DNA of 64,000 nucleotides, taken from positions 9,189 through 73,188 of the forward strand of contig JAHBSS010000001.1 in NCBI GenBank assembly GCA_019639015.1, given 5' to 3'. The position numbers were made by a program, and so were the translations under genes. The first letter of the stretch is position 1. Every line of letters starts with the position of its first letter. This stretch comes from Cryobacterium sp. (GTDB lineage: Bacteria > Actinomycetota > Actinomycetes > Actinomycetales > Microbacteriaceae). The notes under the pieces were generated by a model, which did no database searches, was not told where the DNA came from, and was given only the letters and a program-made list of their open reading frames with translations. Below, piece after piece: positions 31,910 through 41,706 of the stretch.

Positions 31910-33055
31910 TCAGCGCAGGAGAAGATTCGGCTGCAAGAGGTACTTGAAATTGTCTAACGTTGCTTGATCCTTTGAAGTCTGACTCGTAATGAGCACAGGT
32001 CCAGGCTTACTCGGGTTTTCAGTCTTTGTAAAAGAAATTCGCACAAACTCTGAACGCACCGCGCCCAGTCCATCCAACAAGAATTGGGGTTTCAGTGAGA
32101 CGACGGTGTCTTCGCCATTCAAATGACCATCGATTGTTTCGGATGCTTGAGCTTGCTCTGAACCAACTGCTTCTAGCGTCACCCCGTCGACACTAAACGT
32201 GAATCTAAGTGCGGCTTCTCGCTCAAGAACAAGAGAAACTCTCCTTACCGCGTCAATTAGTTCAGCGGTATTCATAACGGCATAGTTTTCTACGGAGTCC
32301 GGAAACAGCTTTCGCACCGGTGGGAAGTTTCCTTTGATCAAGAGCGAAGTAACAACTTTGTTGTTGGCGCTAAACGCAATAAGTTCACGATCATCGCTTG
32401 ATGTTATCGATACCGAAATATTCCCGCTGTGGCTAAATGTCCTTCCGATTTCTTGAAGAGTTCGAGCGGGAACAAGAGCAGAAACTGAATCACTTGCACC
32501 ATTCGAGCCTTCCCAAGCGATATCACGAATAGCTACTCGATATCGATCCGTAGCAACAAGACTCAAATTATCTGCTGACGCCTCAAGTTGTACCCCGGTG
32601 ATCACCGGAGTCACATCATCTCTACTGGCTGCAACGGCTACTTGCGCAACTGCATTGGCAAAATCTTCGGCCGGTAAAACACCCGTAGCCTCACCAATTT
32701 TAGGAAGGGTTGGATACTCCTCAATTGGCATACTCGGTAGTGAGAAACTGGCCGATCCACAACTAACCAGAACTCGAGAACCGTCAGTTTCAACATTCAC
32801 TGGAGCGGAGGGAAGACGGCTGGCAATTTCAGCAAGCAATCGACCTAGAACTAGTGCGCTGCCAGATTCTGTTATCTCGGCCGAAATGCTCGATTGAGTG
32901 GAAACTTCATAGTCGAATGATGAAAGCTTTAGTTCTGTTTCTGTCGCTTCCAATAACACACCACCGAGAATCGGCATAGTAGTTCGCTGCGGAAGCATCT
33001 TTACGGCAAACGTCACAGCTTCACTAAAAATGTCTCGATTTACTTGAAACTTCAT
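31910..33055 (-). CDS. dnaN: DNA polymerase III beta clamp
   Basis: SFDYE, ATDRYR, YLLQP; ATG 33055 (GTG 33061 alternative). Confidence 0.97.
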   Translation of the reverse strand: MKFQVNRDIFSEAVTFAVKMLPQRTTMPILGGVLLEATETELKLSSFDYEVSTQSSISAEITESGSALVLGRLLAEIASRLPSAPVNVETDGSRVLVSCGSASFSLPSMPIEEYPTLPKIGEATGVLPAEDFANAVAQVAVAASRDDVTPVITGVQLEASADNLSLVATDRYRVAIRDIAWEGSNGASDSVSALVPARTLQEIGRTFSHSGNISVSITSSDDRELIAFSANNKVVTSLLIKGNFPPVRKLFPDSVENYAVMNTAELIDAVRRVSLVLEREAALRFTFSVDGVTLEAVGSEQAQASETIDGHLNGEDTVVSLKPQFLLDGLGAVRSEFVRISFTKTENPSKPGPVLITSQTSKDQATLDNFKYLLQPNLLLR

Positions 33056-33061
33056 GGTCAC

Positions 33062-33365
33062 CTCTGTCGTTTCGATCAGAGTTCAATACTGGCACAGTAG
33101 GCCGACACGAACTAAAAGGTTATCCTCTGAACGTCTTCTAATAATTGTTCTTTAATCTCATTAACACCTGTGGACAATGTGGAGAACACTCTCGTTACCT
33201 GTTACTTCAAGGAAACTACAATCGTGAAAGTTGTTAGCCGGCTGTTGACTAGGTGACACTTACCTTCATTTAGCTAGATTCAAGCAAGTCAACTTCTCAC
33301 AATGACTCGCGAAAATTGCACAGGTTGTTCCATTGCTTATCCACAAGTTATCCACATGTTGGCAG
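33062..33365. other. oriC: oriC (dnaA-dnaN intergenic replication origin)
   Basis: DnaA boxes TTATCCACA (33337-33345, 33348-33356), TGTGGACAA (33169-33177), TGTGGAGAA (33178-33186); AT-rich DUE-like tract ~33135-33165. Confidence 0.9.
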
Positions 33366-34766
33366 TCAGCCCTTTTGATACCGCTGACTTTGCTTGATCC
33401 GACTTGTTAGTTCGGTTACTTGGTTGTATATCGACCGACGCTCTTTCATCATTTCGCTAATCTTCTTGTTCGCGTACATGACAGTTGTGTGATCACGGTT
33501 ACCAAAAAGTTGGCCAATTTTTGGCAATGACAAGTTCGTTAATTCACGACACAAGTACATTGCTATTTGCCTTGCCGTTGCAACAGTTTGTGATCGAGAT
33601 GAGCCATACAAGTCATCAATTGAAAGTCTGAAGTATTGCGCCGTGTGATTGATTATGTCGACTGGAGCAACCACATTGTCGTCTCCGACGGTGATGAGAT
33701 CTTTCAAAACAGTTTGGACCAACGCCATGTCGACGGGTGTCTTATTCAAACTTGAAAACGCGGTGACCCGAATAAGAGTTCCTTCAAGTTCACGAATATT
33801 TGAAGACACTTTTGTGGCCATGTACTCGAGGATGTCGTCGGGAACTTGAAGACGTTCGCTTTGCGCCTTCTTTCGAAGAATTGCAATTCTCGTCTCGAGG
33901 TCAGGGGTTTGAACATCAGTTATCAATCCCCATTCGAAGCGCGAGCGCATGCGATCTTCAAATCCCGTTAGTTGTTTCGGTGGAAGGTCGCTTGTAATTA
34001 CGACTTGCTTGTTGTGATCGTGAAGCGTGTTGAACGTATGAAAGAACGCTTCTTGAGTTGAGCCTTTCCCTTGCAAAAACTGGATGTCATCGATGAGTAG
34101 CACATCGATATCTCGATAGCGCGATTGAAATACTGACGCTCTGTTGTTGGCGATTGAGTTGATGAAATCATTTGTAAACTCCTCTGAGCTCACATAACGG
34201 ATTCGAATGCCCGAATAGAGGTTCTCGGCATAATGACCAATTGCGTGTAAGAGGTGAGTCTTACCCAACCCAGATTCACCGTAAATAAATAGTGGGTTGT
34301 AGGCCTTCGCGGGGGCTTCAGCAACCGCAACAGCAGCTGCGTGTGCGAATCGATTAGATCCACCGATGACGAAATTATCGAAACTGTATTTCGGGTTCAG
34401 CCGAGAGTCATCGCGTTTTGAACTCTCAAAGGATTGCAAGGGCTGTTCGACAAACCGGGCCTCATTGGGCTCCTCCACGGTTGCCTCAGTGGTTATCTCA
34501 GGGTTGACCACGATCGCAAAATTTGAAACAACTGGATCCTCATCTAATGAGGTAATCGCGTTCAACAAAGGCAACCGGATTCGTTGCTCAAGCATCCCTC
34601 GCGTGAAGTCGTTTGGGACTTCAAGATACAAGGTTCCGGCCATCACTCCCTTTGGTGCAACGAGCGAAAGGAATCCTTCGAGTTGAGGTGTAATTCGGTC
34701 ATCGTTACGAAGCGAATCGAGTACCGTTTGCCAAAGATCCTGAACCGGATCAGGCGCCTCGATCAT
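33366..34766 (-). CDS. dnaA: chromosomal replication initiator DnaA
   Basis: YNPLFIYGESGLGKTHL, DDIQF, RELEG, RDHTTV. Confidence 0.98.
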   Translation of the reverse strand: MIEAPDPVQDLWQTVLDSLRNDDRITPQLEGFLSLVAPKGVMAGTLYLEVPNDFTRGMLEQRIRLPLLNAITSLDEDPVVSNFAIVVNPEITTEATVEEPNEARFVEQPLQSFESSKRDDSRLNPKYSFDNFVIGGSNRFAHAAAVAVAEAPAKAYNPLFIYGESGLGKTHLLHAIGHYAENLYSGIRIRYVSSEEFTNDFINSIANNRASVFQSRYRDIDVLLIDDIQFLQGKGSTQEAFFHTFNTLHDHNKQVVITSDLPPKQLTGFEDRMRSRFEWGLITDVQTPDLETRIAILRKKAQSERLQVPDDILEYMATKVSSNIRELEGTLIRVTAFSSLNKTPVDMALVQTVLKDLITVGDDNVVAPVDIINHTAQYFRLSIDDLYGSSRSQTVATARQIAMYLCRELTNLSLPKIGQLFGNRDHTTVMYANKKISEMMKERRSIYNQVTELTSRIKQSQRYQKG

Positions 34767-34802
34767 GATTTACCTCTATAGCTCTAGACGTTACTAACAG
34801 GG

Positions 34803-34811
34803 TTATCCACT
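34803..34811. promoter_or_regulatory. DnaA box upstream of dnaA (possible autoregulation)
   Basis: TTATCCACT, one mismatch to consensus. Confidence 0.55.
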
Positions 34812-34905
34812 GTTTTACCAATTACACAACCTTAGTTTGAATCCTGATTTGCCGTGAGAGTTATTAAATAGTCGGTGGAAAGCGAACGATTCGGCCGATC
34901 TCTGT

Positions 34906-34934
34906 TTGACCCAGAGCAATATTCCCCGTACCTT
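34906..34934 (+). promoter_or_regulatory. sigma-A-type promoter of the rpmH operon
   Basis: TTGACC-N17-TACCTT. Confidence 0.6.
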
Positions 34935-35031
34935 TAATCAGTTGACTTCTGCCAATTGGCACCCCTAATGCTTACAGGGCAGCGCAAGCGTTTGCACCTG
35001 AAGGAATGACGAGAATCCCGGAGACAAAGCG

Positions 35032-35169
35032 ATGACAAAGCGAACCTTCCAACCAAGTAACCGCAAGCGTTCACGAGTACACGGCTTCAGAGCGAGAATG
35101 CGTACCCGCGCTGGACGTGCAATTCTAAGTGCACGCCGCCGCAAGGGTCGTTCTGAGCTCGCAGGCTGA
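35032..35169 (+). CDS. rpmH: 50S ribosomal protein L34 (not in ORF track)
   Basis: Hand-translated [45 protein letters not shown]. Confidence 0.97.
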   Translation: MTKRTFQPSNRKRSRVHGFRARMRTRAGRAILSARRRKGRSELAG

Positions 35170-35176
35170 ATTTGTT

Positions 35177-35524
35177 GTGCTCGCGAGAGCGAATCGCTTG
35201 CGCAATGCTGCGGACTTTAGACTGATCCTTCGGACGGGCAGAAAGGTCAGTTGCTCATTTGGAACTGTTTCGCTTCGAGAAACTACATCAACTTCGACCG
35301 CAAGATTCGGATTTGTCATATCCAGAAAGGTCGGTAATGCGGTGATGAGAAACAAATTGCGGCGTCAACTTCGGGCTATTTCCAGGGAAACTGTTGACTC
35401 TGGATTGATGGGAATTGACGTTGTAATTCGTGCGCTACCGGGTGCTTGTGATCAAAGCTGGAACTTAATTAGCAGTGAACTTAAAATTGTGTTGCGGTCG
35501 CGGGATGCTTCATGGTCATCCTAA
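35177..35524 (+). CDS. rnpA: ribonuclease P protein component
   Basis: 'RFGFVISRKVGNAVMRNKLRRQLR'; GTG 35177. Confidence 0.93.
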   Translation: MLARANRLRNAADFRLILRTGRKVSCSFGTVSLRETTSTSTARFGFVISRKVGNAVMRNKLRRQLRAISRETVDSGLMGIDVVIRALPGACDQSWNLISSELKIVLRSRDASWSS

Positions 35525-35823
35525 ATTTCTTGTTTCTATTGCCGCGTAACTTGTGTGTGCTAATTCTTCGCATTTACCGAAAGTTTGTTTCACCGTTATA
35601 TGGAGATGTCTGTCGATACTATCCATCTTGTTCGAGCTACGCGCTTACCTCGATTCAACGCTTCGGAGTAATTCGTGGAATATGGATGGGGACCAAGCGG
35701 ATCGCTCGTTGCCATCCTTGGGCAAGAGGCGGGGTCGATGACGTGCCAGTTCGGAACACAGTTAGGTTCGAAACAACGAACTTCGGCTTTGTTGTACCAC
35801 TAAGAAGAAGGGCTAAAGCCTGA
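35512..35823 (+). CDS. yidD: membrane protein insertion efficiency factor
   Basis: 'CRYYPSCSSY', 'RCHPW..GGVD'. Confidence 0.93.
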   Translation: MVILNFLFLLPRNLCVLILRIYRKFVSPLYGDVCRYYPSCSSYALTSIQRFGVIRGIWMGTKRIARCHPWARGGVDDVPVRNTVRFETTNFGFVVPLRRRAKA

Positions 35824-35824
35824 G

Positions 35825-36796
35825 ATGGATTTTTTCAACATAATACTGTGGCCAATTAAGTGGGCCATTGAAGCGATCCTCGTGGCTTTTCACTGGGTGT
35901 TTTCGAGCATCGGAATGGATCCGGATTCTGGACTCACCTGGGTGCTTTCAATTGTTGGATTAGTGCTCGTCATTCGAGCGCTGTTGATTCCAATTTTCGT
36001 CAGGCAAATTAAGAGCCAGCGAAAAATGCTCGAGGTGGCACCTGAACTAAAAAAGATTCAAGCAAAGTACAAGGGCAAGAAGGATCAGTTTTCTCGCGAG
36101 GCTATGTCGAGAGAAACCATGGAGCTTTACAAGCGCACGGGTACCAATCCCTTGTCTTCGTGCCTACCCTTGCTATTGCAGATGCCGATTTTCTTTGGGC
36201 TCTATTCGGTTCTGTTGAATGCTCAACACGAAGGAATAGGCGTCGGTTTGCTCAACAAGACGCTTTCAAAGTCTTTTGGAGAATCGATCTTCTTCGGCGC
36301 CCCATTGAAGCTTGCGATCAGTACTTCTTCTGAGGCAGCCAAGATTGTTGGTGGTAGCACTGTTGCAGTAGTCGTGATCGCTTCGGTCATGGTAGTGCTC
36401 ATGACCGGTTCACAATTCATCACTCAGTTGCAGATCATGTCCAAGAACCAATCTCCTGAAATGAAGTCGAGCCCGATGTACAAACAGCAACGAATGCTGC
36501 TGTATGTACTCCCCCTAGTGTTTGCCTTCTCAGGCTTCACTTTCCCGCTCGGAGTGATGTTCTACTGGTTAGTGTCAAACTTCTGGACAATGGGCCAGCA
36601 ATTCGTAGTTATTCGAAACATGCCTACTCCAGGTAGTGAAGCGGCATTGGCTCGCGAGGCGAGACTTGCAAAGCAGCGGCAGCGCCGAGGGATCACGATA
36701 ATCGAAGACGCGCCTACCGAGGAGCCCGAATTGCCGAAATCAACCCAAAGAAGTCAGCCGGTTAACTCGAAGAACCGAAAGAAAAAGAAGAGGTAG
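35825..36796 (+). CDS. yidC: membrane protein insertase YidC
   Basis: 'NPLSSCLPLLLQMPIF', 'YWLVSNFWTMGQQ'. Confidence 0.95.
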   Translation: MDFFNIILWPIKWAIEAILVAFHWVFSSIGMDPDSGLTWVLSIVGLVLVIRALLIPIFVRQIKSQRKMLEVAPELKKIQAKYKGKKDQFSREAMSRETMELYKRTGTNPLSSCLPLLLQMPIFFGLYSVLLNAQHEGIGVGLLNKTLSKSFGESIFFGAPLKLAISTSSEAAKIVGGSTVAVVVIASVMVVLMTGSQFITQLQIMSKNQSPEMKSSPMYKQQRMLLYVLPLVFAFSGFTFPLGVMFYWLVSNFWTMGQQFVVIRNMPTPGSEAALAREARLAKQRQRRGITIIEDAPTEEPELPKSTQRSQPVNSKNRKKKKR

Positions 36797-36799
36797 AAA

Positions 36800-37342
36800 G
36801 TGACAGAGGAAACTTTCAAGGAAGCACTCCCCGTTCAGGATGAGGAGGTCGCTGATAGCTCACCTTCGCGAATCTCACGTTCAGTTGCGGATCTTGAAGA
36901 AGAAGGCGACATTGCGGCCGACTACATCGAAGAGTTGCTGGATATCGCTGATCTAGATGGTGATATTGATATTGACGCGCATGACGGTCGTGCTTATGTT
37001 TCCATTCGCTCCGATGACGCGGATCAGCTTTCTCGGTTGTCGAGATCGGATGCGGTTGCCGCTTTGCAAGAGCTAGCAAGAATTGCAGTCCAGGTTCGCA
37101 CTGGATCATATTCAAGACTGATTCTTGATATCGGTGGTTCGCGCCAGGCTAGACAATCTGAACTTTCAAAGCTCGTCGAGAGAGCTGCAGAACGAATTGA
37201 ATCCGGTGCCGCTTCGGTCTCACTCCCGCCGATGTCTTCTTATGAGAGAAAGCTTGTTCACGATCTAGTCTCAGAGAAGGGATTGCATTCTCAATCCTCT
37301 GGTGAAGGCAAAGATCGTCACACTGTTATTACCTCGAGCTAA
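36800..37342 (+). CDS. jag: Jag/KhpB (R3H domain) RNA-binding protein
   Basis: 'EEGDIAADYIEELLDI', R3H 'ERKLVHD'. Confidence 0.9.
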   Translation: MTEETFKEALPVQDEEVADSSPSRISRSVADLEEEGDIAADYIEELLDIADLDGDIDIDAHDGRAYVSIRSDDADQLSRLSRSDAVAALQELARIAVQVRTGSYSRLILDIGGSRQARQSELSKLVERAAERIESGAASVSLPPMSSYERKLVHDLVSEKGLHSQSSGEGKDRHTVITSS

Positions 37343-37343
37343 T

Positions 37344-37357
37344 GTTTCACGTGAAAC
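37344..37357. promoter_or_regulatory. parS: parS site
   Basis: Perfect palindrome GTTTCACGTGAAAC. Confidence 0.92.
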
Positions 37358-37381
37358 GTTCCGGCAGGCGGCGGGGCGATC

Positions 37382-38038
37382 GTGATTGAGATTGAACCCA
37401 AGATAGCTCTGGAAGTGTTCGGCGGAGCGCTGGGCAAAATCCGATTGTTCGCTCGCAATCTTGAACAAGATGGTGAACGGCTTGGACTAATTGGACCTCT
37501 CGAATTGCCGAGACTTTGGACCCGGCACTTAGTCAATTGCGCCTTGCTCGCACCTTTTCTTGGTTCGAGTTCGAGCGAACAGCTTGGTTCGAATGGACTA
37601 GTGGAAGGCAAGATCTGCGACGTCGGTAGTGGCGCTGGTTTGCCGGGTCTTGTACTGGCGGCTATTCGCACTGACTTGCAATTTGTATTGATCGAGCCAA
37701 TGGAACGACGGGCCGAATGGCTAAAGGTTCAAGTTCAAGAGCTTGAACTGACCAATGTCGAGATCACCAGAAATCGTGCAGAGGAAGTCTCACGGGGCTC
37801 GTTTAGCAAGGTCACTGCAAGGGCAGTCGGTTCGCTCACAAAACTAATTCCACTATGTGCACCATTACTTGTTCCTGCTGGGGAGTTGTTGTTCATGAAG
37901 GGTTCACGGGTTCACGAAGAAATAGCGGCGGCCGAAAAGGTCCTAAGAAAGTGGCACATTCACGAATTTGAGGTGCTCGATCTGGGGGCTGAGTATGGAA
38001 CCGAAACCACCAAATTGTTTCGGGCTAGAGTTGACTGA
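37382..38038 (+). CDS. rsmG: 16S rRNA m7G527 methyltransferase
   Basis: 'RLWTRH', DVGSGAGLPG, EPMERR, TARAV. Confidence 0.95.
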   Translation: MIEIEPKIALEVFGGALGKIRLFARNLEQDGERLGLIGPLELPRLWTRHLVNCALLAPFLGSSSSEQLGSNGLVEGKICDVGSGAGLPGLVLAAIRTDLQFVLIEPMERRAEWLKVQVQELELTNVEITRNRAEEVSRGSFSKVTARAVGSLTKLIPLCAPLLVPAGELLFMKGSRVHEEIAAAEKVLRKWHIHEFEVLDLGAEYGTETTKLFRARVD

Positions 38039-38077
38039 CCAACTCGTCGACTCAAGTTCATTTCAAAGATAGTTAAG

Positions 38078-38091
38078 GTTTCACGTGAAAC
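38078..38091. promoter_or_regulatory. parS: parS site overlapping the parA start
   Basis: Perfect palindrome GTTTCACGTGAAAC. Confidence 0.92.
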
Positions 38092-38999
38092 ATCCAGACC
38101 CTGGTTCATCCGGTTCAATTGATTCTGATGACAGCACTCCGCTAGCTCGCGAATTGGCCGAACTTACCCGCAGAAGACAAGCCATCGCAGAATCCACATT
38201 GCCGTTGCCGACGAAAACCCGGATCTTTACGGTCGCTAATCAAAAGGGTGGAGTTGGCAAAACAACAACGACCGTAAATCTTGCTGCTGCCCTCGCGCAA
38301 TCAGGAGCGAGGGTGCTTGTTATTGATTTGGATCCGCAGGGAAACGCCTCCACCGCTCTTGGTGTTGAGCATCGCGCAGAAACCCCGAGTGTTTACGACG
38401 TGATCATCAACGATGAGCCAATGGTCGGGATAATCCAACACAGTCCGGAGTTCGACACTTTGGATTGCGTTCCAGCCACGATTCATCTCGCCGGCGCCGA
38501 GATTGAACTCGTCTCAATGGTTGCAAGAGAACAAAGACTTAGAAGCGCTCTCGAGGCCCTATTGGCAACCGAGGGACAAAGATATGACTACGTGTTTATC
38601 GATTGTCCACCTTCTTTGGGACTGCTCACGATCAATGCATTCGTTGCGGCAACCGAGGTCCTGATTCCGATTCAATGCGAGTACTACGCGCTTGAGGGTT
38701 TAAGCCAACTCCTCAGCAACATCCGACTGATTGAACGCCACCTCAATCCAAAACTCCGAGTTTCGACAATTTTGTTGACGATGTTTGATTCTCGAACGAA
38801 CTTGGCTAATCAAGTAGTTCAGGATGTTCGGGAGCATTTTCCAGCTGAGACTTTGGAAACGATCATCCCCAGATCCGTTCGAATTTCAGAGGCTCCAAGT
38901 TACGGTCAAAGCGTAATTAGCTACGACACAAATTCTCCAGGCTCGCTGTCATACAAGGAAGCTGCTGCAGAAATAGCAAGAAGAGGAGCGACGAACTAA
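38085..38999 (+). CDS. parA: chromosome partitioning ATPase ParA
   Basis: NQKGGVGKTT, DLDPQGNA, DCPPSLG, QCEYYALEG. Confidence 0.96.
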   Translation: MKHPDPGSSGSIDSDDSTPLARELAELTRRRQAIAESTLPLPTKTRIFTVANQKGGVGKTTTTVNLAAALAQSGARVLVIDLDPQGNASTALGVEHRAETPSVYDVIINDEPMVGIIQHSPEFDTLDCVPATIHLAGAEIELVSMVAREQRLRSALEALLATEGQRYDYVFIDCPPSLGLLTINAFVAATEVLIPIQCEYYALEGLSQLLSNIRLIERHLNPKLRVSTILLTMFDSRTNLANQVVQDVREHFPAETLETIIPRSVRISEAPSYGQSVISYDTNSPGSLSYKEAAAEIARRGATN

Positions 39000-39940
39000 T
39001 GGCAACGAAGCGAACCGGGCTGGGCAGAGGTATTGGCGCACTCATCCCGAGCGACGAATCACACGATCGACCGGTTGACGTGTTTTTTTCAGCGAGCTCG
39101 GGCGGGGATCTTCAACAGATACCTGGCGCTCGATTGGCTGAAATTTCGCTAGCGCAAATTGTCCCGAACGCAGTTCAACCAAGACAAGAATTCGACCAAG
39201 ACAAACTTGATGAGCTTGTTACTTCGATTCGCGAAGTTGGAGTACTCCAACCCATTGTGGTCCGGCCCATTGAAGGAAAGGGTCAGAGCAAGTTTGAACT
39301 TGTCATGGGGGAACGTCGATTTCGAGCTAGCAAACTCGCTGGGCTAAAGACAATTCCCGCATTGGTAAAGAACACTGCCGATGACCAGATGCTTCGAGAC
39401 GCACTCTTGGAAAACCTGCATCGAGCCGATTTGAATCCGCTCGAAGAAGCTTCCGCATACCAACAACTGCTGTCCGATTTCGGGATAACTCAAGAGCAAT
39501 TGGCTACCCGCATAGGCAGGTCCAGACCGCAAATCACTAACACGATTCGTTTGCTGAAACTCCCCGCTACCGTACAGAAGAAAGTCGCGGCCGGTGTGCT
39601 TAGCGCAGGTCACGCAAGGGCCATTCTTTCAGCCGGCGACGAAGCCGCGATGGCGAACTTGGCTCAACGGATTATCAACGAGGACCTCACGGTTCGAGCC
39701 GCAGAAGCTGCTGCCGGAATTACTGCTGAAAAGAAGCAACGAAAGACTAAACCAACGGCCGGCGCTCGCCAAGGACAATTGAACGAAATCGCGGAACGAT
39801 TAGGCGACCGACTTAACACGCGAGTTCGAATAAGTTTGGGTGCCAACAAGGGGTCGATAACTATCGATTTTGCGAGCGTCGCTGACCTCAATCGGATTCT
39901 CTCCGAACTCGGCGAATCAAAGTTCGGTAGCGGGAACTAG
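38999..39940 (+). CDS. parB: chromosome partitioning protein ParB
   Basis: GLGRGIGAL, QPR, GERRFRA, ENLHR, HTH. Confidence 0.96.
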   Translation: MATKRTGLGRGIGALIPSDESHDRPVDVFFSASSGGDLQQIPGARLAEISLAQIVPNAVQPRQEFDQDKLDELVTSIREVGVLQPIVVRPIEGKGQSKFELVMGERRFRASKLAGLKTIPALVKNTADDQMLRDALLENLHRADLNPLEEASAYQQLLSDFGITQEQLATRIGRSRPQITNTIRLLKLPATVQKKVAAGVLSAGHARAILSAGDEAAMANLAQRIINEDLTVRAAEAAAGITAEKKQRKTKPTAGARQGQLNEIAERLGDRLNTRVRISLGANKGSITIDFASVADLNRILSELGESKFGSGN

Positions 39941-39958
39941 CGTTCGTATTCGATTAGG

Positions 39959-41194
39959 TTAACAAGCATTAGCACGAAGCTTTTCCGTTACTACATTCGC
40001 TAGTCGCCTAACTCCTTCGGCTATCTCAGTCGGGTTCGGAAGACAAAACGAGAGTCGAATTTCCCGTTCGCCTTGACCATCAGCAAAGAACGCCGTGCCG
40101 GGGGTGTAGGCGACGCCAGCCTTGACGGCATCCGGAAGTAACTCACGCGAGTTCAATCCTTCGGGCAACGTGAGCCAGACATAGAATCCACCGTCGGGGT
40201 CGGTCCAATTGCAATTAGGGAGAGACGTTGCCAGAGCGGAAATGAGCGCCTGCTTTCGCTCGCGATAGAGAGTTCTGTATTTGTCCACTTGAGCGTGCCA
40301 ATCCTCGTGACGCAAGTACCAATCAACAATCGCCTGGTTGAAGGCGCTCGGCGACAGCACGGCTGCTTCGTTCGCAAGTATCAGCTTTTCTCGAACCGAC
40401 TTTGGGGCGAGAGCCCAGCCAACCCGAAGTCCTGGTGCGAACGTTTTTGAAAAAGTACCAAGATAGATCACGTTCGGATCAACACTGCGCAACGCATTAG
40501 GTGGAGGCGAAGAGAAGTAGAGCAGACCGTATGGATTGTCTTCGATGACAAGCAATTCGTGCTCGGTTGCGATCTTCAAGATTTCGCTTCGACGCTCCAA
40601 GGCCAGAGTTACTCCTGCGGGATTGTTGAAGTTCGGAATTGTGTAAAGAAATTTTGGTCGCTTGTTTGATGCTCGAAGGGATTCAAGCAGCGATCGAAGC
40701 CGAGCAGGATCGAGTCCGTGCTCATCCATCGCACAATGATGAATTTGTGCCTGGAACGACTTGAATACAACCAACGCAGTGACGTAACTGGGGCCCTCGA
40801 CGATCACGGCATCACCCGGATCAATCAGGAGCTTTGAGAGTAGTTCGAGGGCGTGCTGCGAACCGGTCGTAACAACTAGGTCTTCTGCAGTTGCGTCTCG
40901 GATTCCTTCAAGAGCCATTACTTCAAGGATTCGCTCGCGCAATGACGGTGAACCCTGTCCCGAGCTGTATTGCAGCGCTGTGGTGCCTTGCGTTGCGATT
41001 AGGTCTCGAACACCGTTGGCAATCGAATCCATGGGTAGCGCGGAAATAAATGGCATTCCGCCGGCAAGAGATACCACCTCAGGGCGGGACGCAACCGCGA
41101 ATAGTGCTCGGACTTCGGATGCGCTCAGGCTCGATGTGCGCTCCGCCAGAGCGTGAGCCAGATACGCTCCCTCAACTGGTTCTTGCTCCGACAC
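39959..41194 (-). CDS. PLP-dependent aminotransferase class I (LysN/ARO8-like)
   Basis: SLAGGMP, NNPAG, EDNPY, TFSKTFAPGLRVG. Confidence 0.9.
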   Translation of the reverse strand: MSEQEPVEGAYLAHALAERTSSLSASEVRALFAVASRPEVVSLAGGMPFISALPMDSIANGVRDLIATQGTTALQYSSGQGSPSLRERILEVMALEGIRDATAEDLVVTTGSQHALELLSKLLIDPGDAVIVEGPSYVTALVVFKSFQAQIHHCAMDEHGLDPARLRSLLESLRASNKRPKFLYTIPNFNNPAGVTLALERRSEILKIATEHELLVIEDNPYGLLYFSSPPPNALRSVDPNVIYLGTFSKTFAPGLRVGWALAPKSVREKLILANEAAVLSPSAFNQAIVDWYLRHEDWHAQVDKYRTLYRERKQALISALATSLPNCNWTDPDGGFYVWLTLPEGLNSRELLPDAVKAGVAYTPGTAFFADGQGEREIRLSFCLPNPTEIAEGVRRLANVVTEKLRANAC

Positions 41195-41349
41195 AACTCA
41201 AGAATAGAAGCAAAAGTTTCGACCAAATTCCAGCGCCAGCGACTTCGCATCGAAATCGAGCAATTCTCATTTATGCAACAGGGGGCTGGCGACCGTGAAG
41301 CGGGATTGTGCTTCGGGTCGATGCTTGGATTCTTGACTGATCGCTTGTT

Positions 41350-41676
41350 CTAGTTCAAGAACTCTGCGAGTTGGGTCTCAAGCGCAGGTTTTGGCATAGC
41401 TCCAACGAACGACTTCACAACTTCGCCCCCCTTGTATACCTTCATCGCAGGAATTGAAGTGATTTGATACTTCATGGCAAGTTGGGGATTGGCGTCAACA
41501 TCAACTTTCACCAACCGAATCTTGTCGCTATGTTCTTCGGCAATTTGGTCAAGGATCGGCGAAACAGCACGGCAAGGTCCGCACCAAGTCGCCCAAAAAT
41601 CTACAAGAACTGGCTTGTCGGACTTGAGAACTTCCGCCTCAAAAGTGTCGTCGGTTACATCCTTTGCGCTAGACAA
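41350..41676 (-). CDS. trxA: thioredoxin
   Basis: WCGPC. Confidence 0.97.
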   Translation of the reverse strand: MSSAKDVTDDTFEAEVLKSDKPVLVDFWATWCGPCRAVSPILDQIAEEHSDKIRLVKVDVDANPQLAMKYQITSIPAMKVYKGGEVVKSFVGAMPKPALETQLAEFLN

Positions 41677-41706
41677 TGCGTCTTCCTTCCTTTGCGAGCG
41701 GTGTTG

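Noticed and set aside
37339-37671. Minus-strand ORF ending FHVKH
   Set aside because: FHVKH is simply the translated parS palindrome; antisense to rsmG
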